Shown in pieces: positions 24,961 to 37,724 of a DNA stretch of 64,000 bases. The first letter of the stretch is position 1. Each line of letters starts with the position of its first letter. The stretch covers positions 69,876,001 through 69,940,000 of the forward strand of contig NC_086097.1 of assembly GCF_963921235.1 (NCBI RefSeq), in the 5' to 3' direction. Under the pieces are notes generated by a model. That model was given only the letters and a program-made list of their open reading frames with translations. It had not been told where the DNA came from and searched no databases. This stretch comes from Mobula hypostoma. Taxonomy: Eukaryota. Both the position numbers and the translations under genes were made by a program.

Positions 24961-26034
24961 GTATTTTTTCTAGTCTTCCACAAAGATTTCTGATGAGTTT
25001 GCAAGTTCTGATGAGTTTTGTAAGGTTTTTGTTTACAATACATGATTAAGTAAATTTGTAAGATTGTATCACATAGCTAAAATACAGTTCTTTAAAAGTA
25101 ATGTATATAAAATGCATATAATAAATATTAAATGGTGTACCTGTAAATTAGTGTTGGTTATTACATTACTTGAGTTGTATAGCTTCAAAAATGCCGCCTT
25201 AGTATTTTGTGGAATTCAATTAATTGTCCTAATGATGTAAAATAAGATTATGTGGAAATTTAAGTCCCTTCTTTTATCATTTATCTATTTAGAAAAGGGA
25301 TTTGGAAATAAAAAAAATATATATCTTCTGGGTGCAAGTGCATTTTCATTTATGTTCTTTAGCCAAGTACTGTATTATTCCACCTAATTGTTTGAAACCC
25401 TCCAACGATTTCTCGGAATCTGAATATATTAACTAGAACTCAAAACTCCAATTTTCAAAAACGATTGGAAATTTTATTTTCATTTCATGTAATTATTATT
25501 ATTTTTTCAGTACATAGATGTGGGTGCACAATCAAATGTAAGGAATTTGTTCCATTGTGAAGAGCCCTTAGGACAGCATAGACTGGTTAGTGTATTTTAC
25601 AGGTGAATGTAAAATGAACTTGAAGTACAGAATATGAAATGATGTATTTTGTATGAACTATAAAGAAAATTTTATATTCTGTTTTTTTAAAAATAAGTAG
25701 AAATTTAAATGTTCCAACATGCCCTTCTTAAAATAGAAATCCATGAACAGCTTGAATTATTATAACATTCATTTTTCAGAAAAGAAATGATTCAATTACA
25801 TAAATTATTGCATAGAATAGAGGTTCGCTGATTGAAGGACTACATTATTGATTCTTTTTTTGGTTGCATTACTTTGGAATGGATCCCAAGATTAAAATTT
25901 GCAGATTGTAGAAGAGATGCAGATTGATCATTGTGGGAGATGAAGCTGCCTCTCATTATTAGTAAAGGATGAAGAAGCTCCCCATTTATTGGAGCTGCAT
26001 GTAGTAAGATAAATAGGAAGGCTCAGAATACAAT

Positions 26035-27130
26035 GAACATAGAATCTATGTCACAGGAACAGGCACTTCTGCCTACAATGTTGTGTCAAACCAAATAAGT
26101 TGGTAATCAAATGGCCAACTAAATTAATCTCTTTTGCCTACACAATGTCCATATCCTTCCATTTCCACACATTCATGTGCCTATCTAAATGACTCTTAAA
26201 AGTCCTTTATGTATTTGCCTCTACCACCATTCCAGGCACCCACCACTCTCTGTTTTTAAAAAAACAAAATACTAACCCCTCACGGCTCCTTTGAAATTAA
26301 TCCCTCTCATCTTAACTGCATGCACTCCAGTGTTGGACATTTCAACCCTGGAAAAGACACCATCTGTCTATCGCTGCCTCTCATAATCTTACAGATCTCT
26401 TATCAGATCTCCCCTAAGCCTCCTCCATTCCAGTGAAAACAAGCCATGAATGTCCAACCTCTCGTTACAGCACGTACCCTCTAATCACTCTAAACCCCTT
26501 CTGCACCCACCCCAAAGCTAACATCCTTTCTATAATGGAGTGACCAGAACTATGTACAATACTCCAGATGTGGCCTAACTGAAGTTTGATAAAGCTGCAA
26601 CATAACTTACTGACTTTTGAACTCAGTGCCTCTACTAATAAAGGCAAGCATGCCATATGCCTTTTTAATCATCCTGTCTACCTGTGAGCCGCTCTCAGGG
26701 AACTATGGACTTGGACCCCAAAACCCCTCTGCTCATCAACACTGTTAAGGGTCTTGCCACCTGTCTTAGACCCCTCCCACAGTGCTGCACTCTCACCATT
26801 CCCAACATCCTTTGCTCCTGCCAGATTTGCAAACTTACTCTCTGCTCCATGTTGACAAATGCAAGACATTCTATACATGCAGTATTGTCCAAAAGTCTTA
26901 GGCACCCTAGATACATGTATGTACCTAAGTATTTTGAACAGTACTGCACATATAGAATGTCCTCGGATTCTCCTTAATCCTACTTGCCCAAGGACTTATG
27001 GCACCTCCTGACTTTCCTAATTCCCTTTGAGTCTTTTCTGATCTCTTTAGTCATCAATGACTTTGTTTGATTCGAGTTTCCTTAGCATTGCATACTTGTC
27101 TGATTCTTGACTAAATTCATCACCTCCTTT
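26035..27130 (-). mobile_element. Decayed CR1 3' fragment
   Basis: Frameshifted LQLYQTSVRPHLEYC-like remnant and CR1-type 3' end. Confidence 0.65.
26880..26946. mobile_element. 67-bp Tc1-like miniature inverted-repeat element
   Basis: CAGTATTGTCCAAAAGTCTTAGGCAC ... GTACCTAAGTATTTTGAACAGTACTG, imperfect 26-bp inverted repeats with CAGT termini. Confidence 0.7.
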
Positions 27131-29892
27131 CCTCCCACCATCAATGGAATGGAGGTTCAGGTACAGCTGAACAAATTCTTGGTTAGTCCACAAGTGAGTC
27201 TTCTCCATAGCTTTGAGACCACGCTTTAGAAAGAATCTGTTAACTATGGGATACAGTGGAGTGTAGATTTTCTGGGATTTGTGTTATCAGTTGACATAAA
27301 ATAGAGTGGTTTTACCTGAATTAGTTAGCCTTCAAGATAGAAAACTTTCCACTGGTTTGGGTGTAGTATGTAAAAGTTAGAGACAGATTTTTGGACAGTG
27401 AAGCTGAGAAATGCTTCTGGGTACTCAAGGTGGTGGGAGTATGGAACTCTTGCAAATGGCAATTAATGCTAGGTCATTTGTTAAATTTGAGAATGCTTTT
27501 AACACACTTATGAAAACTAATGAATGATGTAGAGCTGTGTTGCTGATTGGTCATCTCATCAGTGAATCTCATTGAATATCAGAGCAGGCTTGAGCTAAGA
27601 ATTCATTGGTGATTTCCAGGAGCTTGAGGAAATTTATAATGTTAAATGAAAAGAGGAAATGATGTATACATGGAAATGCGTAACTGGCACTTCTGTGACA
27701 CATCTGCTGTACCTGCAGCAGTAGGCAGTTACTGCCACATTATCTGGGGAACCACAAATGGAGCTAGGTGCCAGGCAACCATTGGAAAATATCCCACCCA
27801 CACAATGAAGAAGTAGAAAATGTTTGAACCAAAGTCACTGACCTGTGACTGAGATAATTGATATTTAAAATAACTAGATGCTTTTATTTGTGTTAAGTAC
27901 AATTTCATCCAGGTAAAATGTTAATCCTTCCTACTAACTTCAGTTTTGCTGGAACTTCTAAATGCTAAACCAGTCAATGATGATCTCATTTTACCTTGAG
28001 AATGCAGCACGTTTGTTCTTGATTGGAGCAACTCTTATGGATCTGGAGCTAAGTGATCCTGGTTTAGTCAATGGAATTTCAGTAACTACTTTTCTGGTGA
28101 TTAAAGTGCAACATCATAAGAAGGTAATTGCTATCTTTTATCTCTTTGCTAATGCATGAGTACTTGATGGACCAGTACTAAGCTGGTCTGGACTTAGTAT
28201 TTTTATGGTGAACAGGGCAATTTTACATTTCATTGGATTTCATGTGTCAGTGAAGAAGCTGGAAGAACTTAATTAAAGCAGTACCAAATTATACAATAGG
28301 GACTTTTAAGAGACTCCTGGATAGGTTCATGGGGCTCAGAAAAATAGAGGGCTATGGGTAACTCAAGGGAATTTCTAAAGTAAGTACATGTTTGGCACAG
28401 CACTGTGGGCTGCTAAGGGCCTGTATTATGCTGTAGGTTTTCTATGTTTCAAATTCTGGACAACAACGCTCAGCATTTCACCTAAGATGTTGACTTTATT
28501 TTCAGCATTTGCAATATCCAGCACCCATGGAAATTTTCCAATTTTACATGAATTTAACTGAGTTGTCTGAAGATTATTATCTGTTATGACAGGGGTCGAG
28601 GGAATTGCAAGAGAAATCTGGCTGAAAATGATAATGAATTCTTCAGTCTTGCCTTCTGAAGTAGCTTACTGGGATCCACTATCATTAAGAATTAGGTTGT
28701 TAATGGAACCAACTCTTTTAGTTAGTGGTAAGATTAGAGCTTTGATTTTATCTGATGATTGTCAGTCGGCTGAGCTCTGCCTGTAATATGTTGCTTCTCC
28801 TGTTTAGCATGCATGTAGTTCTCAGTTGTAGCTTCACAAGTTTAGTATTTGATTTAAAATATGTTTGATGATGTATCAAGCACAGTTCTGCCGTTTATAG
28901 CCCATATTTCCATGTGAATTTTATTGGACATAGTGACAATGACACAATACTCTGTCTGGAATGGAAAGAGAAATTTAAGAGGGCTTGTGCAGTTGTCATC
29001 TCTACCAATAGTCATTTTGTTCAAATGCATCTGTAAAAGGTAGATTGCAAAACAGATCTTTCTGTCACATTGGATCCCTCACCACTATTTATCCAGCCTA
29101 AAAGTTTTGTTCCTTCAGGATTTAGTCGTTGTTTATCACCAGTAATAGTTCAGTAAGTACACAATATGTTTGCACCTTTACATAAGTTCTATCAACGCTA
29201 ATTAATTGGTTCCGAGTGATCAGTAGATGGTCATTAGCCAGAGGATTTCTTCCCCATGTTTAACATGTTGTGAAATCTCATGATTTCTGGAGTCAGTTTT
29301 GATGCCATTCCCAATTGCATTCTTCTGAGCAATATATAACTTTTCCAGTGGTCCTTTCATTGCATGTGAGTACTTCTGCTACAAAGAAAGGATGTGCCCA
29401 GGGATGGCCATGGAGGAAACAGATCCTGGCTGAATCAAACACCGGTGAATGTGACAGTGTCAGACAGCTGCTTCATTTGTCTAAAACATAAATCCAAATA
29501 TTAACAAATGATTACATGGTTAAGTAGGTTGTGTGACTATAACATACATCATACCTGGTTTTGTTAGTGCACTTCAATAAAAAGCTTGAATGTTAAGCAC
29601 AAGGCTAAGGAGTAAACAATAACTCTGAGTGCTGGCATTTTCTTAACTTGCATCCAGACCCATGTTCGCTATTAAAACAAGCTTTCCCAGTGATTTGTAA
29701 TTAGTGATATACACATTTATGAGTACCTTGCCTCAGAGAGAACGTATTGGCCTTGATGGAGAAGCAGCAAGATTGACCTGAAGAGTAAAGGATAAACAGC
29801 CTAATATATGAATGTGCTCTGAATATGTTAATTTTATAATCATTTATGTGCTGGAAGTTATTGACAGAGATGATTAAAGTACTTTGTGAAGC

Positions 29893-31800
29893 TGTGGATG
29901 AACCAGGGTGTACATTGTCTGCTGAAGGCGATATCTGTGGAATTCAAGTCCGGTGATCCAGGCCTGTACCAGAAAACCAGGTAAGATTTGCAGAGGGTTA
30001 TGTCAAGGACGAAGAGACAGTTTCAAATGAGGTTGGAGGCGATATCGGATGCACAGCAACTCTGGCAGGGTCTGCAAGACATTATTTCCTACAAAGTGAA
30101 ACCCAATAGCATGAATAGCAGCAGTGCTTCACTACCAGATGAACTGAATGCCTTCTATGCACGCTTTGAATGGGTGAAAACAACTACAGCTGTGAAGATC
30201 CCTGCTGCACCTGATGACCCTGTGATCTCCATCTTAGAGGCCGATGTTAGGCTGTCTTTAAAGAGGGTGAATCCTCACAAGGTGTAAGGTCCCAATGGAG
30301 TACCTGGTAAGGCTCTGAAAACCTGTGCCAACCAGCTAGTAGGAGTATTCAAGGATATTTTCAACCTCTCACTGCTACAGGTGGAAGTGCCTAAGAAGAA
30401 TAATGTGGGCTACCTTAATGACTATCGCCTGGTGGCACTCAGATCAACAGTGGTGAAATGCTTTGAGAGGTTGGTCATGACTAGACTGAACTTCTGCCTC
30501 AGCAAGGACCTGGACCCATTGCAATTTGCATATCGCCCAATATGTCAACAGCAGACGCAATCTCAATGGCTCTCCACAGGGCTTTAGACCACCTGGACAA
30601 CACAAACACCTACGCCAGGATGCTGTTCATTGATTATAGCTCAGAATTTAATACCATCACTCCCACAACCCTGATTGAGAAGTTACAGAACCTGAGCCTC
30701 TGTACTTCTCTCTGCAGTTGGATCCTTGACTTCCTAACTGGAAGACCACAATCTATGCGGATTGATGATAACATCTCCTCCTCACTGATGAGCAACACTG
30801 GCGCACCTCGGGTGTGTGCTTAGCCCACTGTTCTACTCTCTATATACATATGACTGTGTGGCTAAGCTTAGCTCAAATGCCATCTATAAATTTGCTGAGG
30901 ATACAACCATTGTTGGTAGAATCTCAGGTGGTGACGAGAGGGTGTACAGGAATGAGATATGCCAACTAATGAAGTGGTGCTGCAGCAACATCCTGGCACT
31001 CAATGTCAGTAAGGATAAAAGAGCTGATTTTGGACTTCAGGAAGGGCAAGATGAAGGAACACATACCAATCCTTATGGAGGGATCAGAAGTGGAGAGAGT
31101 GAGCAGCTTCAAGTTCCTGGGTGTCAAGATCTCTGAGGATCTAACCTGGTCCCAATATATGAATGTAGTTATAAAGAAGGCAAGACAGCGGTTATACTTC
31201 ATTAGGAGTTTGAAGAGAATTGACATGCCCACAAATACACTCAAAAACTTGTATAGTTGTAACATGGAGAGCATTCTGACAGGCTGCATCACTGTCTGGT
31301 ACAGAGGGGCTACTGCACAGGACTGAAAGAAGCTGCAGAAAGCTGTAAATCTAGTCAGCTCCATCTTGGGTACTGGCCTACAAAGCATCCTGGACATCTT
31401 TGGAGTGATGTTTCAGAAAGGCAGCGTCCATTATTAAGAACCTCCAGCACCCAGGGCATGCCCTTTTTTCACTGTTACCATCAGGAAGGAGATACAGAAG
31501 CCTGAAGGCACACACTCAGCGATTCAGTAACAGCTTCTCCCCCTATACCATCTGATTCCTAAATGGACATTGAACCTTTGGACGCTACCTCACTTTTTAA
31601 AAATAAACAGTATTTCTGTTTTTGCACATTTTTTTGATCTATTCAATATATGCAATTGATTTACTTGTTTATTTATTATCATTAGTTTTATTTTATTTAT
31701 TCTTATTTTTTCTGCTGGATTATGTATTGCATTGAACTGCTGCTGCTAAGTTAAATTTCACGTCACATGCCGGTGATAATAAACCTGATTCTGATTCTGA
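29893..31800 (+). mobile_element. 5'-truncated Rex1/Babar-clade LINE, decayed
   Basis: [69 protein letters not shown] plus (GATTCT)n tail. Confidence 0.88.
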
Positions 31801-32074
31801 ATTTGATATTGTCTGCAAAGAACATTTTTGCAAAGACATTTGTGGATGTCTGGAATCATTTCTCCTCAGATGTTGCATCAGGGTCAACTGGTAACCTTAA
31901 GATCACCCGGAAAGAATTGTACTGATATTGTATCTTCGATCACTTAGGATGTCCCGAAACCTGTCAATGCTTAGGAAGTTCTTTTTGAAATATAACCACT
32001 GTGAGGAAGCTAGTTTTCATGCAGGAATTCTCTGTCCAGCAGTTTGGCAGTCACAATTATCATTGGATATATGT

Positions 32075-33957
32075 CCTTTACCCTGTACTGCTCGTTTCTA
32101 CCTCCTACTCAAGAACCACAAACTGGACTATCTAGATACACCCATTATTTCTGCCTGCTCCTGTCCACATCCCTCAACTCTTATTTTATCCCCTTTGGTT
32201 CAGTCTTATCCCACATACAGTACATCCAGTACGTCACTTCACATGCTCTCAATCTCCACAATAATTTTCAGTTCCCTGGTCCTAATTGCCTCATTTTCAC
32301 CATAGATATTCACTCCCTGTACACTTCTATTCTCCGTCAAGAAGGCCTTAAAGCTTTCTGCTTCTTTCTCGATAACAGTCCAGACCATTTCCCCTCCTCT
32401 GTCCAGCAGAACTGATACTCTCTCTTAATTTCTCTTTCGACTTCTCCCATTTCTCCAAATTCAAGGTGTAGCCATGGGCCACAGCTATGCCTGCCTTTTT
32501 GTTGGCTTATGTGGAACAGTCCATGTTCCAAGCCTTCCCAGGCAATGCTCTCCAACTCTTCCTACGCTACATTGACGACTGCATTGGTTCTGCTTCATAC
32601 ACACATGCTGAAGTTGTCAATTGCATCAACTTTTCCTCCATCTTTCACCCAGCCCTTAAATTCACTTGGTCCTTTACTGAAACCACTATCTTCTTTCTCA
32701 ATCTCTTTCTGTCTCCATCTCTGGAGACAAATTGTCCATGGATGTTTTTTTCTAAACCTACCAATTCTCTTTGCTATCTTGACCATTCTTACCGTTTACT
32801 CTTCCCTGTAAGAATGCCATTCTCTTTTCTCAGTTCCTTTGTCTCCACTGTATCAGTTCCAGGTATGAGGCTTTCCTTTTCCTGGACATCAAGGGTGTCC
32901 CCTCCTTCAAAGAACGGGGTTCTCCTCCTTCCACCATCGATGGAGCTCTCACCCACATCTCTATTTCCCAGATACTGTATATCTGCTCACTCCATGTTCC
33001 TCGTCCTCACTGCCACAACTTCTGCCATCTTCAACAGGACCATCAAGCACATCTTTACCTCCTCCTCTTCCCCCTCCCTCCCCACTGACCTTCCACTTTC
33101 CACAGGGATCACACTTTATTTGTTTTCCTTGTCCATTCGTACCTCCCAACTAATCTCCCTCCTGGCACTTATTCTTGCACAAGGTAAAAGTATTTCACTT
33201 GCCCATTCACCACCTCCTTCACCACCATTTAAGGTCCTAAACAGTTTTTCCAGGTGCGGCAAACTTCACCAGTGAAACTGCTGGGGTTGTCTATTGTGTC
33301 CACTGCTCCTGATGCAGACTCCTCTTCATTTGTGAGACCTGATGTAAGTTGGGAAACTGCTTTGTTGAGATCTCTGCACTTCTTTCTCTCCATAAAAAGC
33401 AGAATTTCCTGGTTGCCAACCATTTTAATTCCTATCCCCATTCCCATTCCCATTCCAACATGGTCTTCTTTTCTGCCATGATGAGACCACTCTCAGGTTG
33501 GAATTCCTCATATTCTGTCTAGATCACCTCCAACCTGATGATATGAACATCGATTTCTCCAATGTCCAATAAATTTTTCCCAACCCCTTCCCTCTTCAGT
33601 TCCTTACTCTGGCTTCTTACCTCTTCTCCACACCTGCTTATCACCTCCTGGTGCTTCTCCTTCCCTTTCTCCCATGGTCCACTCTCTTAACAGATTCCTT
33701 CTTTTGCAGCCCTTTACCTTTTCCACCTATCACCTCCCAGCTTCTTGCTTCAACCCCCCCCCACCCACCTGACTTTACCTCTCACCTTTCACCTTTCACC
33801 TTCTAGCTTGTCCTTCTTCCACCACCTCATTCTGGCATCTTTCTCCTTCCTTTCCAGTCCCAATTAAGGCCCCTGGTCCAAAATGTCAACTCTTTGTTTT
33901 CTTCCATAGATGTCGCCTGACCTGCTGAGCTCCTCCAGCATTTTGTGTATGTATCCC
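32075..33957 (+). mobile_element. Penelope-like element (RT and GIY-YIG remnants), decayed
   Basis: RFYLL.K.HK, DIHSLYTSI, FLRYIDDCIG; frameshifted GIY-YIG region ~33250-33370; pyrimidine-rich 3' region and shared PLE terminus. Confidence 0.85.
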
Positions 33958-35268
33958 TTGTTTTTTTTTAATAGTTTGGTGAGAACTGTTGTACCTTTCA
34001 GAAAAAGCAGGTAGGCCAAGATCTCTGAGAGAGCATCTTTGATTATGCAGCACTCCCTCACTGAATGACAGCTAAAATTTTTATACTTATTTATCTGGAA
34101 TGGGAACTTGAGCCCTCATCAGTTAGTTGGAGGGAGCTGTTTTTAACTGAGTCATTGTTGGTGGATACAGGGGGCTCAAAAGGCTTGTTCCAAAGATTCA
34201 AGTATTGTTCTGAAAAGAGGCAGGCTTGCTATTGACATATGAATAGACCTAAGAAAACTTTGTGAATCTATATAAATGAATCATTACCAGTCAAGAAGAA
34301 AATAATGGTATTTATAAATTCCTTCAATCATTAAGGGAGGAAGTCAAATGCATATTTGGTAAATTGAACTTGAGTACACTTAGAAGTAGAAACTGCTTGT
34401 ATTAGGTTATCACATTACAAAACAGTGAAGTACTGTATCATCTTTCAGTGGTCTCTTCCTTGCATGTGCATCACATTGACCTACGTATTAATTATTATTA
34501 TCTTATCTTGGACTCTAGGTTAAAATGGGTTGGCATAAGTTTTAAGTTATCATTTAGTTCAGCTGCAGTTATGACCATAATCAATTTCCAAATCAGCTTT
34601 TCAATATATATCAAAGTCTTTAGGAAGTGCTATCCTGTGTATGTTAGAATTATAATGGGAGATTTTTCCAATTCTCCTAATAAACAATCAGGTATATTCA
34701 TGCATTCTATATCAGTTTGCTTTGCAGCTTTCCGTAACGACTTTTCAAGCAAATTTGACATGGGGTAATGTGAGGAGGCTTTTATTTTTTTATCCTGTGT
34801 TTTGTTTAGTATATTGTATATTGTGAATTCCCGCAAGATAATGAATCTCAGCGTAAGTATATGGTGTCATATATATATAAAATAAATTTACTTTGAACTT
34901 TTCCTCGGTCAGTGAGTTCCAGAGCTAGAGTGAATATATTTAAGGTGAGGGGAATAATTTGGCAGGTAAGTTTCTCACTTAGAATGATGATGGTAGCTGA
35001 AACAAGTAGCCAGAGGAGATTGTAAAGGCAGATAATGATGTCTACAAAGCATTAGGACGGGAAAGAGTAAAGAATCTCAGACCTAATGCTCTTCTGAAAA
35101 TCAACATTTGTCTAGATTAATTTTCTTATCTTCATTAGTACCTAATACTCATCCATCTAATTACTTATTCATAGTCATTTCATCTTTTTGTGCTCATTTG
35201 CTAAGATCTTTGATTGCAGCAAATCTTGAAAACATATTGGCCTGGAAACTAGATCTTGTATTACTATA

Positions 35269-35510
35269 AACACAAGAGATTCTGCAGATAATGGAAATCT
35301 TAAGTAACACACACAAAGCCGGAGGAACTCCGCAAGTCAGGCAGCACCTATGGAGGAAAATATGCAGTTAACATATTAGGCCGCGACCCTTCATCAGGAC
35401 TGGAAAGAAAGGGAGAGCCAGAATAATAAGATGGGGTGGGGGGAGGGAGTACAAGCTGGCAGGTAGTTGATGACACTAGGTGAGGAGGAAGATGGGTGGA
35501 TGGGGGCGAT
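35269..35510 (-). repeat. Penelope-like element terminal fragment
   Basis: Same terminus as the other PLE copies; CAGTC-CTGATGA-AGGGTCGCGGCCT motif at 35365-35403. Confidence 0.75.
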
Positions 35511-36315
35511 GTATTACTACATTTTTTTTGTATACCTCACAGATCATTTTAATTTAAAAATAAATGAAACCTTTGAAAATTGGTTTCAGTCTAAGTCCAT
35601 GAATTTTTGTGGGTCGCTCTTGGGATGCTAGCAAGCAGTGCAGGCTTATGTGGCATTGCTGTAATTTTGAAGGTTGCACATGTAGCTGTTCATACTGAAG
35701 AATGTGTGGAGTCTACTTTGAAGTATCTTTGAGTGGGTCTGACAGTATGCATGGTGAGAAGCATATGGAGCTGGCACTCAATTTTCATCCTCACCCAGAG
35801 ACAGTAAACTCCACTCACAGCTTGATTCTCAATCCTGCTAGGACTAGGTTTTTTGACCCCCCCCCCCCCACTTCACCCACTCTGTACCAGACTGCCAGTC
35901 CAAATCCCTCAACCATAGGATGCATCTCTGCTCCCCGCTCCCCAACTACCAATCATTCTACAGGCTCACTAACAACCAAGGCAACTTGACTCTTGACTAG
36001 CAATCTAATGATCCCCACTCTCCAAATAAAGTTCACTGATTATGATCCCCAGGCAGCCAGCCCTTGTTTCCATCCCATGAATTGTGCTCAATTCTTAACC
36101 CTCTCCACTCCGAGGTTACTCACCAACTAATTCCTGGAACCTTGATCTGGACCTAAAAGCTTTTTGATACACACTGTATCCAAATGCCTTGTGGCCTATG
36201 CTACTAAAATAACAAGCCATTGGCAATCGAATAAGAGCTTGTTGATCTGCCACCAACAATTTGAGCATAGTATGTTTTTTAAAGATTTGCCAAAAATCTT
36301 TTGCCAATTTGCCAG

Positions 36316-36665
36316 TGTATAAGATGATGAGAGGCATTGATGGTGTGGATAGTGAGAGGCTTTTTCCCAGGACTGAAATGGCTAACACAAGAGTGGCTAG
36401 CAGAGTCTCAAGATGCTTGGAAGTAGGTACAGAGGAGATGTCAGGGGTAAGTTTTTTTATGCAGAGAGTGCTGAGTGCATGGAATGGGCTGCCAGCGATG
36501 GTGGTGGAGGCAGATACCTTAGGGTCTTTTAAGAGTCTCCTGAATAGGTACGTGGAGCTCAGAAAAATAGAGGGCTATGGGTGACCCTAGGTAATTTCTT
36601 AAGTCAGTACATGTTGGGCACAGCATTGTGGGCTGAAGGGTCTGTAGTGTGCTGTAGGTTTTCTG
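36316..36665 (+). mobile_element. CR1 3'-end fragment (shorter copy of the same end at ~28295-28450)
   Basis: VYKMMRGID.VDS.RLFP, FF.QRV..AWNGLP; shared 3' sequence agaaaaatagagggctatggg. Confidence 0.8.
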
Positions 36666-36844
36666 GGTTCTGGGTTTCAAAAATCTGAAGCATTTGGATA
36701 AGTGGCAACTAATCCAAATCCTCATCCTGTACAAGATTGTTCTTTTGCTTCCCGAACGCAAGTTGTTCTGACGGATATCATTTGGCTTAGTCGTGGAACT
36801 TGAGCAGATAACAAACACAAATTTTACAGTCCAATTTCAGAATA

Positions 36845-37065
36845 GTGTAGATGTAAGCGTAACACAATTACAGCACTAGCATTTTGGGTACAATTCTGCC
36901 CCTATCTATAAGGAGTTTTCTCCATGACCGTGTGGGCTTCCTGCAGCTGCTCCCCTTTCCTCCCAAGTTCTAAAGATGTAGAGGTTCATAGGTTAATTTG
37001 GTCACAAGAATGTAATAGAGTGGTATGGGCTCTTTGGGCCGGAAGGTCCTGATATCTGTAAATAA
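36845..37065 (+). mobile_element. Degenerate V-SINE-like SINE
   Basis: Resembles the V-SINE core (gtgggNttcct..gctgctcc..tttcctccca) with a CR1-like tail (gggccggaagg.cctg). Confidence 0.5.
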
Positions 37066-37724
37066 TTAAGGGTAGAAAATATATTTTTTCCCATAGGATT
37101 ATTGGTGCTTCTAAATAATCAGACCTGGCCATTTACAAACTAATTTGTTTTCTTAGTTTTAGCATTGGTATTCAGTGAATTGCAGAAAAAAATACTTCCT
37201 ACTGAGTTCCTCCAGCATTTTGTGTAGGTTATATCTTGCAGCCTAGATATAAAGAGTGGTATACGATGGAGAGGCAGGGGATCAACAATTTGTAATTTTT
37301 CTAAATGAGTAAGATGAGGGCGCCAATGGTGTGGCTGTCAACAGGTTTTTTGATGATGCATAGATAGTAGGAAGTAATAAAGAATATCTGAGGCCATAAA
37401 GGGAATATAGATGGGAAAAGTAAATGTGCAAAGATCACAGTATAATGTGAGAAAATGTGAAAGCTTTCATTTTGACAGGAAAATAAATGAAGCATATTAT
37501 CTATATGGTGAGAGGTTGTAGAGCTCTGAAATCTTGAGGGATGCAATTGAGATTCTGATTACTGAATGATTTGCAAAAGGTTTGTACCTACAGCAATTTT
37601 AAATGCTTGCAGAATGTTTTATTTCTCAGGATATTGAATAAAAGTAAGGAGTTCAACTTCAATTATATATGACCTTTATGAGATCACACATGGACTATTG
37701 TGGACAACACTGATCTCCTGAAGA

